Positions 56,036-64,000 of a stretch of 64,000 nt of DNA are shown here, one piece after another. The stretch's first letter is position 1. Each line of letters begins with the position of its first letter. A program made the position numbers and the translations under genes. Origin of the DNA: a virus; IMG/VR virus record IMGVR_UViG_3300031576_000032, positions 6,188 to 70,187 of that record. One strand, given 5' to 3'. The notes beneath the pieces were generated by a model. The model ran no database searches and was not told the origin of the DNA. It saw only the letters and a program-made list of their open reading frames with translations.

Positions 56036-56441
56036 CTTAGATCCGATCCGATCTGCGATCGTCGCTGAAGTTCGGTCGTTAATCGGTGTTCCATTTCTCC
56101 ATAAGGGGCGGACCCGTAATGGGATCGACTGCGTCGGGGTAATCAAGGCCGCGATAGAGGCCGGCCTAGGCCCGCAACCGGACTTCGACGATTATCCGCT
56201 CGTTCCGGCGTCGGTGGCCGTATTCGCGGCCTTGTCGGACCGCGCTGACCGGGTCCTTAAGGAGAACGCCCTCCCTGGAGACATCGTCGTCATGACGGTC
56301 GACGGGAAGTCGGCGCACGTCGGGATTCAGACAGACCGGGGCGTTGTTCACGCGACGCGGATTACGAAGCGCGTGACTGAAGATCGGTATGGGTTCCCCG
56401 TCGCGTTCTACCGGTTCCGGGGGGTTCCGGCATGTCCCTAA
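55983..56441 (+). CDS. NlpC/P60 peptidase (tail-associated)
   Basis: GVPFLHKGR..GIDCVGV, PGDIV, HVGI, VHA; start uncertain. Confidence 0.85.
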   Translation: MSQVPIGSSTSQSLPKRNLDPIRSAIVAEVRSLIGVPFLHKGRTRNGIDCVGVIKAAIEAGLGPQPDFDDYPLVPASVAVFAALSDRADRVLKENALPGDIVVMTVDGKSAHVGIQTDRGVVHATRITKRVTEDRYGFPVAFYRFRGVPACP

Positions 56442-58831
56442 GTACGACTCTAACGATCGTCGGGGGCGTCGCTGGATACTATCTGTCAGGTGGGCTTTGG
56501 TCGTTCGCGATGTATGGCGCTTGGATCGGCGGGACGGCCGGGCAGATTATTTCCGGGATGACGACCGACGCAACAAAAACGTACGGCCCTCAACTCGAGA
56601 ACCTTCATATCCAGACATCGACGTACGGAACAGCGGTCCCCGAAGTGTTTGGCGTGATGAGGATCGCCGGGAACGTAGTCTGGGCTCCTGACTTAATCGA
56701 GACGACGGTTCAGGAAACAGCGACTACGATCGGATATCGGTACTACGCGCATTTCGCGGTTGGTCTCTGCCGCGGGCCGATGGAGACGATTCTCCGGATC
56801 TGGGCCGACACAAAACTTATCTACAGTGTTCGACAAGCGAACGATGAAATCGTCGCGATTCCCGGCCTTAGTTTCCGGTTCTACTCGGGGACCGAAACTC
56901 AGGAACCGGACTCATTGATCGAGATGTTCGAGGACGCGGGATCGGTCCCCGCGCACCGCGGAATGGCATACATTGTGTTCGAGTCGTTCCCCTTGGAGGC
57001 GTTCGGAAACCGGATACCAAACATTAACGTCGAGATCGCACAAGCGTCGACCGATGACAACGCGTTCGTCGAGATTACTGGGGTCGACGCATCGAATACC
57101 GTCACCGAGAACGTCGGGCAGTACCCGAGCGGGGCGTTTCTTGCGATTGTTGGGACGGATCAAATCTGGCAAAAGATCGACATCGCGGCGTCGGCCGTCG
57201 TCACGACCCGCGATAACTCATATCAGGGAATCCCCGACGCAAGCGACTTCGACATCGGATTGAACGACAGGATTTACACAACGGAAGAGTTCGACGGGAC
57301 TCAATCAACGCTCGCGATCTTAAGGTCGGACTTGTTTCAGTTTGAGGAAGCAAGTTGGCAGATCCTTAAGCCAGCGAAGGTCCGCGTCGCCCGGGAGATG
57401 TCAGAACCGTTCCTCGCGACAATCGACACGGCCGGGACGAAGCTTTCGGTTACGAGGTACCGTCCGTCTGAACCGGCCGGGTCGGAGATTTATCTGTACG
57501 ACGTCGAATACACCGACGCAACGCTTCCGTCGGGGACCGAATGGAAGGATGTAACGTGGGTCGATGAGGGAACGACGTTCTCGCTTGCGTTTGCCGTATC
57601 GAGCGACGACAGCGCTCCGGGGACGACGTACCTCAAGGTAATCCAGCCTTCTGTCACGATCTCGGACCTTACCGAGACCGACTACAATATCACGTCGCGG
57701 ATCAAGCACGGGGTCCGGGTCCTGTATGACTCGTACACGAACCAGATCGCCGTCGGGTCGGACGACTACGATGGTCTTGGTGGGTCTGCGATCGCGCTAT
57801 TCGATGGAACGACTCGGGCGTGGATCGCAACGATTACCGGAGAGTCGACTCGGTCCCCGTCCCCGAAGGCCGCATGGCAGCGTGGATCGGTCGGTGGGGT
57901 CCTCTGGCTCATCCGGGCGGCGGACTCGACTATCGTCGCGATCGACCTCGTCGACCGAACCGCAACGGAGTATGCGACGGCGACCGGGTTCGGGGGTTGG
58001 AGCGGCGGGAACCTTTACTCTCCTGAAACGAAGTCAATCGTCGCGGCCGTCGACGGGGCCGGGGAACCGTGGATCAAAACTCTTCTCGGGAGGAAAACCC
58101 CGCTTTCGGTTTCTCTGGATGAAGTCGTGTCGACGCTTTGCGAACGGGTCGGGCTCGTTCCGATCGATGACTTCGACGTATTCCCGTTGGAGTATGACGT
58201 CGTCCGAGGATATATCATCAACGACCGGATGCCGGCTCGGGATGCGATCCGGCCTTTGATGGACGCGTTTTTCTTCGACGGGGTTGACTCGGACGGGGTG
58301 ATTAAGTTCGTTAAGCGGGGGACGGGGTCGGTTGTCGATATCCCTGAACAAGACCTTGACGCACAACCTGAGGGGTCGACTTCCGGACAACGGCTTGTAT
58401 CAACCCGTGCCGAAGAGTCGTCTCTTCCAAGGGTCGTCAATATTCAATACTCGGACCGCGACACCGACTACAATGTTGGAACACAAACCGAGCAACGGGC
58501 CGTCGGAAACTCGGGGGGAATTCTCACGGTGAACCTCCCGATGTGTCTCACCGCCGATGAAGCGAAACAGATCGCGGTCAAAACACTTGGTCTCGTTTGG
58601 GAAAGCCGGGTTCGGCAAGAGTTCGCCGTTCCCCGAAAGTATGTTATTCTCGATCCGTCGGATGTCGTGACGATCGTTGAATCAAACGCAAGTCACGTTA
58701 TTCGGATCGATGAAGTTAAGAATTCGGGGGGAGTCCTGAGAATAACTGGAGTAAACGAAGATGCGGACCTTTACCTTTCCGATGCAAACGGGGTCCCGCT
58801 TCCGCCTACGGGATCGGGGGTCGGGGTGTAA
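56432..58831 (+). CDS. Tail tip/central fibre protein 1 (GTA megatron-like, phage-tail_3 domain)
   Basis: STYGTAVPEVFGVMRIAGNVVW, PAHRGMAYIVF..FGNRIP, ARDAIRPLMDAFFFD. Confidence 0.85.
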   Translation: MSLSTTLTIVGGVAGYYLSGGLWSFAMYGAWIGGTAGQIISGMTTDATKTYGPQLENLHIQTSTYGTAVPEVFGVMRIAGNVVWAPDLIETTVQETATTIGYRYYAHFAVGLCRGPMETILRIWADTKLIYSVRQANDEIVAIPGLSFRFYSGTETQEPDSLIEMFEDAGSVPAHRGMAYIVFESFPLEAFGNRIPNINVEIAQASTDDNAFVEITGVDASNTVTENVGQYPSGAFLAIVGTDQIWQKIDIAASAVVTTRDNSYQGIPDASDFDIGLNDRIYTTEEFDGTQSTLAILRSDLFQFEEASWQILKPAKVRVAREMSEPFLATIDTAGTKLSVTRYRPSEPAGSEIYLYDVEYTDATLPSGTEWKDVTWVDEGTTFSLAFAVSSDDSAPGTTYLKVIQPSVTISDLTETDYNITSRIKHGVRVLYDSYTNQIAVGSDDYDGLGGSAIALFDGTTRAWIATITGESTRSPSPKAAWQRGSVGGVLWLIRAADSTIVAIDLVDRTATEYATATGFGGWSGGNLYSPETKSIVAAVDGAGEPWIKTLLGRKTPLSVSLDEVVSTLCERVGLVPIDDFDVFPLEYDVVRGYIINDRMPARDAIRPLMDAFFFDGVDSDGVIKFVKRGTGSVVDIPEQDLDAQPEGSTSGQRLVSTRAEESSLPRVVNIQYSDRDTDYNVGTQTEQRAVGNSGGILTVNLPMCLTADEAKQIAVKTLGLVWESRVRQEFAVPRKYVILDPSDVVTIVESNASHVIRIDEVKNSGGVLRITGVNEDADLYLSDANGVPLPPTGSGVGV

Positions 58832-58857
58832 ATGCGGAAGGTGAGAGAGGCGTAGGG

Positions 58858-61800
58858 ATGTCGCTGACGACTGCGCTAACTGTCGTTGGGTTCGGCGTCG
58901 GGCTCCCGTTCGCATCGGCCTGGTCTTATGCTCCTTGGGTCGGCGCGTGGGCGGGCGGGACAATCGGCGCGACGATTGAGGCTGCAACAAGAAGCAAGGA
59001 CCGCGCCCGTGGCCCGTTGATCGAAACGATCCGGACACAGGTGTCGACTTACGGTGTTCCGATAAACCGGGCCTATGGGTCCGTCCGCGTTGCGGGAAAC
59101 GTAATTTGGGCCGGGGAACCGAAGCTCGTTGTCGTTCAAGACCCGGTCCTAGGCGCATTCGGTGTTGACGCGGAAGCGGACCCCCCGACGATCGAACAAC
59201 GGTTTATCCAAGATTTCGCGATCGGATTTTGCAAAGGCCCGATCGACGGCGTCCCGCGCGTTTGGATTGCTGACAAACTCGTGTCGGATTGGCGAATCCC
59301 CGCGACGATAACTGAGACGACTACAATTCCGAGGATCGTGAATCAGTTGTTCACGATGCACCTTTACCTCGGTGATGAGACTCAGGTTCCGAACGCGTTC
59401 ATGGACTTCTTCGAGTCGGGCGGGGATCAACCGGCATATCGGGGCCTTGTTTATGCTCTATTCACTGGGTTCGATTTGTCGAAGTACGGGAACCGAATCC
59501 CGAAAATCGAGATCGAAACCGCTCAACATCTCGCGACGATAACTGATGCATTCGGGACGGTGTTCCCCGCGAGCGCGCCGACGGTTCTTCTTGAGGACGG
59601 AACCCCCCAACAGGTCGAACCAACGATACGTCCGTGGAACGGGGAGATGTACTACTCGGACCTGATCTCGATCCATCCAAATGGAAAAGATATAATCATT
59701 GCGCTTCCAGATGTCTCCGGAGTAATCGATGGGTCGATGTTTGGCGGAGGATGGCTTCGGTACGATATTGAGACTTTAGAGCGGAGAGCAACTGCATATT
59801 ACCCGTTCTACACAATCGGGGAGGCCTCCTATGGGAGTCTTACTCAGTGGTGTGACTTCGACATCGATGAAGACGGGAATATCTACACGGGACAGGCCGT
59901 CAACTCGATTCATAGTGAAGACCTAACCGATCCACGAACGGGATATACTGTTAAACTCGATGGACTTGATTTCTCAATTCTTGAGACCGGAGGGACATTC
60001 GCGCTCGTTCGAAACTACCGTGTCTGTAAGAACAAAGCAATTCCGTTTCTCGCGGGAATCGCAGGGATCAGCTGGGGATTCGACACAACGCCCCCTTATT
60101 CGGTGAACGGAAACGGAATCGTCGGAACACAATGGAACATCGGACCCGGAGGGGACGACGACCCAATCCGAGACCAAATATTGATCTACACACGATCGGA
60201 CGTAGCTCACATAAACACGATCTATAACACAGCGAGTGAAATCGTTGCGATGATTCCGTCGGGGACCGACGCACTTCGGTTCTATTCGATCGCATGGGAC
60301 CATGGAACGGGCGTTCTTTGGGCGGTGATGGGAGCCGGGTGCTACGACGTCTTCGGGTCGGGTCCAAACACCGGCCCCGGAGACACGATCCTTCTTCGAA
60401 TACGAAATCCCCAATCGAGCAGTGATATTGAAATCACTGCTTGGAATCTTGTGGGGATCGAGTCCGGCCGGTTCCTCGCATACGATTCGCCGAACCGTCA
60501 AATCGTCGTCGGAACCGAGTTCGGCGGCGCGGGGCTTAACGAATACGAAATCTGGGCGTATGATGAAGACACACTCGAACTCCGAGGAAACCTTCTGAAT
60601 CTCGGCCCGCAGTTCTTTGGTTACACCTATGCTCAGGGTAATGCCCCGGGGTCCCCCTGGAAAAGCGGGGTTCATGGCGGGTTTATGTATTTCATTCATC
60701 TTAACGGGACGACTTCTCGGGTTGACCTAACGAGTTTTGAGGTTCGAGAGTACTACCACTTTACCGACCAGGATCCTCCTTTAACCCTCGGAAACGGAGT
60801 GTTTCCATATGTCTATCTTCCGTCTCGAAACGCGATCTTCACTGGAGGACCGTTCGGAGTTTGGAGGATCGCTCGGCTCGATTTGCAGACAGGAGTTCCG
60901 CCAACGATCGAGTCGATTGTCTCGGATATCGCGACGTCGTGCAATATCCCAGACACCCGGTTCTCGTTCTCGGTGACAGTTCTTGTTCGGAATACCGCCC
61001 AGCCAGCTCCATATAGTACGATCAATGATCCGGACTTCCCGGGGGCGACGGATCACTGTAGAAGTCTGTTTGCAGGATCAACCACGTCATTCACATGGGC
61101 CATCGCCGCGAACTCCTATGAACAAGGGTGGCGCGTCGGGGGGGACTTTCCGACGGCGTTTGGGATACCAGCCACTTCATATTGGCCGGGGGGAATTTAC
61201 AAGATCAAATTGTTTCCGAACTTCTCGTTCCAGACAGTTGACGTCCGGATTCGTCGGGTTGTGTTCTATCGGGTCGACAGGGCGACGGCAGAAATTAAGG
61301 CAAAGTTTTCCTCGGAACTTTTAGACCTTCCTCATATTCAACCGCCTCCTGGAGACGGAAATGTTCCGTATATCATAACCGTCGCTTGGGTCGACGGGAC
61401 GCAGAATCCGGTTAATGCTGAGGCAGATGATTTTATTGGAATGATGATCCTTGTCGAGAATGTGTCTGGAACATCTAAGAATATTCGATTCACGATCAGC
61501 CCTGGAATCGAGATTCAGTTCGTCGGGCTCGGAATCGAGGCAACGAATTTAACCGAGCCGGTCCGCGGATACCTCGTCAATTCGATCATGACCGGCCGCG
61601 ACGCGATCCAGCCGTTGATGGACGCATTCTTTTTCGATGGGGTTGAGACCGAGGGAAAACTAAAGTTTCCGTACCGGGGAGGAGCACCGGTCACGATTCC
61701 GGGCGTTCCAGCGACAATTCTTATTGGACCTGCTGCCTTCTATCTTGAGTCTACTCCTGAATCTGGGTTTGGGTCTTTAACCCCCCCTATCGGCGGAGAC

Positions 61801-62796
61801 ATAATCGACGGGAAGTTCCGGTTGTCAAACGGTCCATCCGGAAGTGGGTCATCGTCTTGGACGGTCAGTTCTTTTTACACTAACGGGAATAAAACTGAGA
61901 CGCGTGTTCATATCTATCCAATTCCACTTGGGGTTGTCGATTGGCCCGCTGGAACGTACACAATCCGAATCAACATTCTAGTTCCGTCTATATCTAATCC
62001 GGACGAAGTCTATTTTCAAGAGATCAAACTTCTTCGGCTTAGAGCAAATGGACAGATTCGTGCGAGTAGTTCGAGCGGATTTTTCGATAACTATGATATA
62101 TCTAATCCTGGAATGAAATCTCTAGAAATGGTTTTTGGTGGGGTAAACCCCTCCGGCCGGCTTGCTACTGATGTTTTTGCAATTGCTTTCAACGTCATAA
62201 ATCTGGGAGCCGGTTCTGTTTCCTTCTCGTACGAAACTGGGGCCATTGTTGGTTCCCGTCAGGACACCCCGCTCAAAAGAGATACGGGGATTCCCCTAGC
62301 ATCTTTAACCCCTGCTCCCAAAGCAAATCTTGGAGCTTCTCTCGACGGCGCGACTCTCCTCGAGCGATACGTCTCGACGATACAGGGGTATCAAGAAGTC
62401 CCCCGAGCCGTTGAAGTAATCTGTCCCGATCCGGACGCCGAGTACCGAATCCAGACGCAACGGGAAGAACGAGCGGATTTCGTCGTCGGTAGCGAAATCG
62501 CAACCGCACGGATTCCGGTCGTTCTTTCCGTCGACGAAGCGAAACAAGTCGCGGTCAAATCCCTCGGGATACTATGGGAAGAACGAACGAAGTCCGCGAT
62601 CGATATCCCCAGGCCGTACGGGGTAGTCGACCCGTGTGACGTCCTAGAAATCGTCGAGGACGGCGTCACGCACCGGGTCCGGGTCGATCGGATCGAACGG
62701 AAAGGCGGAATCGTTTCAGCTCAGGTAACAGACGAAGATGTCGGTCTTTACACGTCTGATGCTTTAGGGGTTCCCCTACCCCCGGGACCGGGGTAG
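58858..62796 (+). CDS. Tail tip/central fibre protein 2, paralogue of the preceding gene with large insertions
   Basis: STYGVPINRAYGSVRVAGNVIW, PAYRGLVY..YGNRIP, GRDAIQPLMDAFFFD; similar C-terminus. Confidence 0.85.
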   Translation: MSLTTALTVVGFGVGLPFASAWSYAPWVGAWAGGTIGATIEAATRSKDRARGPLIETIRTQVSTYGVPINRAYGSVRVAGNVIWAGEPKLVVVQDPVLGAFGVDAEADPPTIEQRFIQDFAIGFCKGPIDGVPRVWIADKLVSDWRIPATITETTTIPRIVNQLFTMHLYLGDETQVPNAFMDFFESGGDQPAYRGLVYALFTGFDLSKYGNRIPKIEIETAQHLATITDAFGTVFPASAPTVLLEDGTPQQVEPTIRPWNGEMYYSDLISIHPNGKDIIIALPDVSGVIDGSMFGGGWLRYDIETLERRATAYYPFYTIGEASYGSLTQWCDFDIDEDGNIYTGQAVNSIHSEDLTDPRTGYTVKLDGLDFSILETGGTFALVRNYRVCKNKAIPFLAGIAGISWGFDTTPPYSVNGNGIVGTQWNIGPGGDDDPIRDQILIYTRSDVAHINTIYNTASEIVAMIPSGTDALRFYSIAWDHGTGVLWAVMGAGCYDVFGSGPNTGPGDTILLRIRNPQSSSDIEITAWNLVGIESGRFLAYDSPNRQIVVGTEFGGAGLNEYEIWAYDEDTLELRGNLLNLGPQFFGYTYAQGNAPGSPWKSGVHGGFMYFIHLNGTTSRVDLTSFEVREYYHFTDQDPPLTLGNGVFPYVYLPSRNAIFTGGPFGVWRIARLDLQTGVPPTIESIVSDIATSCNIPDTRFSFSVTVLVRNTAQPAPYSTINDPDFPGATDHCRSLFAGSTTSFTWAIAANSYEQGWRVGGDFPTAFGIPATSYWPGGIYKIKLFPNFSFQTVDVRIRRVVFYRVDRATAEIKAKFSSELLDLPHIQPPPGDGNVPYIITVAWVDGTQNPVNAEADDFIGMMILVENVSGTSKNIRFTISPGIEIQFVGLGIEATNLTEPVRGYLVNSIMTGRDAIQPLMDAFFFDGVETEGKLKFPYRGGAPVTIPGVPATILIGPAAFYLESTPESGFGSLTPPIGGDIIDGKFRLSNGPSGSGSSSWTVSSFYTNGNKTETRVHIYPIPLGVVDWPAGTYTIRINILVPSISNPDEVYFQEIKLLRLRANGQIRASSSSGFFDNYDISNPGMKSLEMVFGGVNPSGRLATDVFAIAFNVINLGAGSVSFSYETGAIVGSRQDTPLKRDTGIPLASLTPAPKANLGASLDGATLLERYVSTIQGYQEVPRAVEVICPDPDAEYRIQTQREERADFVVGSEIATARIPVVLSVDEAKQVAVKSLGILWEERTKSAIDIPRPYGVVDPCDVLEIVEDGVTHRVRVDRIERKGGIVSAQVTDEDVGLYTSDALGVPLPPGPG

Positions 62797-62959
62797 AATT
62801 TCGTCATGGGCTTCCTAACGATCGTCCAGCGCGCGATGCTCCTTCAATGGCTCGTGCGATGAGCGGCACACTCTCCAATGGCGGTCTAAAGCGCGCGGTC
62901 CAATCTGTGCTGGTTATGGTCGTCTTGGTGACGATGAAGACCTACTTCGTGGAGGCCGT

Positions 62960-63410
62960 ATGAGCGAGCGGATCGTCTCGCGTGGATCGCTCGGGTGGAT
63001 CATCTGGTGTGCGTCGCTCGACATGCTCGTGAAGGCGTTCTGCCTGGCGACCGGCGGGGAGCAGCGGACCGTGGCGCTGGCACCCGATCGTGGACTTCCA
63101 CGGCGGCGCATACGAAGCGGCCGTCGGTCTTACCCTAGCCGCAGGACTGGCGATCATCGCGCTGACGCACGGGGGCCTCAAGTCTCCGATCGGAGTCGCC
63201 ATGTCACTCTACCAGCAAGCGTTGCTACTGATGTCTGGTTGGTCCGCCTGGTCGTGCATCGTCTCGTCATCCTACGCGGACATGGTGATCCGGCCGTGGC
63301 GGTTCATCCTCGCGGACCAGGCGCTCATGGTAATCTTCGCGCTGTTCCACGGAATCGCGGTCTTCGAGTCGTTCATCTTCCGCCCCCGAAAGAAGGTGCA
63401 GGTTGCATGA
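62960..63410 (+). CDS. Multi-TM membrane protein, apparently frameshifted near 63083
   Basis: Hydrophobic N-terminus in the 62960 frame continues sensibly only in the 63090-63410 frame. Confidence 0.45.
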
Positions 63411-63771
63411 AGCATTCGCGCCGCACGGCATGTGCCTACTCTGGCGCGCGGACATCATCGCGCTACGGGTCGCAGCCGACGCAGCGATATCGCTTTCGTA
63501 CAAATTTATCCCGATCGCCCTCGTCATCCTCTACCGGCAGGGCATCCTCGGGCAATTCTTCCGGCCCTATTTCCCGCTGTTCGCGGCGTTTATCACACTC
63601 TGCGGCATGACGCACGACTTCGACATCGTGACAACGTGGAATCCGGTCTACTGGGCGGATGTGGCCGTCAGGATGGCGTGCGGCGCTGTGTCGCTCGCGA
63701 CCACGGCTGTGCTATGGCGCGGAGTCTTGAGGCAACTTGGGAGGGCGCATGGCGAACAACGGGAACGGTGA
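63403..63771 (+). CDS. Stand-alone ethylene-receptor-type three-TM sensor domain
   Basis: PHGMCLLW..ADAAISLSYKFIP..LFAAFITLCGMTH..W.PVYW..VSLAT matches the ETR1-type pattern (D, Y, IP, CxxxH). Confidence 0.75.
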   Translation: MHEAFAPHGMCLLWRADIIALRVAADAAISLSYKFIPIALVILYRQGILGQFFRPYFPLFAAFITLCGMTHDFDIVTTWNPVYWADVAVRMACGAVSLATTAVLWRGVLRQLGRAHGEQRER

Positions 63772-64000
63772 TGGGCAGGCGAACAAGATCCTGTGGTGGA
63801 TGCTCGCCGCCGCGTTCGTCGGCGTGCAGTTCTTCGGTGGCCTCGTCCTAAAAAACATCATGGACCAGGTCGCGGTCGTGCGGACCGCGCAGGAGAGTGT
63901 GCAGCAGGTGAAGATCGACCTGGCGAAGATTCAGGCCGCCCAAGATGGGATCAAGGAAGACCTGGCGGACACGCGGGCCGACATCCGCGAGATCAACGGC
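63749..64000 (+). CDS. Single-TM plus coiled-coil protein, possible holin/lysis accessory (partial)
   Basis: GGAGG RBS; KILWWMLAAAFVGVQFFGGLVL then heptad pattern; runs off window. Confidence 0.5.
   Translation, partial: MANNGNGDGQANKILWWMLAAAFVGVQFFGGLVLKNIMDQVAVVRTAQESVQQVKIDLAKIQAAQDGIKEDLADTRADIREING

Noticed and set aside
1-64000. Prophage or host-chromosome context
   Set aside because: No integrase, att site, repressor pair or housekeeping operon seen; lifestyle cannot be settled because the genome extends past both edges

Overview
The window is most of a tailed dsDNA phage genome (siphovirus-like). No integrase, tRNA, rRNA or CRISPR array was seen. The minus-strand arm (1-27.1 kb) carries a family A DNA polymerase (cut by the window edge) and a tightly coupled DNA-modification operon: dCMP deaminase, a thymidylate-synthase-fold enzyme with a cytosine-type Asp, an amino-MTase, an atypical C5-MTase, a dimeric NTP pyrophosphatase, an asparagine-synthetase-like amidotransferase and a dNMP kinase. 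It continues with UvrD helicase, primase, DEDD exonuclease, SNF2 helicase, a DUF853 ATPase and about 30 small early genes. terS (27.8 kb) and terL (32.6 kb) are separated by about 4 kb of leftward early cassettes. The plus-strand arm carries portal, protease/scaffold, capsid, an inserted glycosyltransferase/methyltransferase/radical-SAM block, neck, tail (with a -1 frameshift), tape measure, a GTA-type tail tip with two tandem paralogous tip proteins, and membrane genes including a stand-alone ethylene-receptor-type domain. The most striking signal is a ~1.04 kb expressed cassette (31470-32508) with no AG or CT dinucleotide and TG/CA only inside GGTG/CACC. Its genes, start codons and ribosome-binding sites are recoded, even at amino-acid level relative to a paralogue, to obey that rule. 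All calls come from motif reading by eye; no database search was run.
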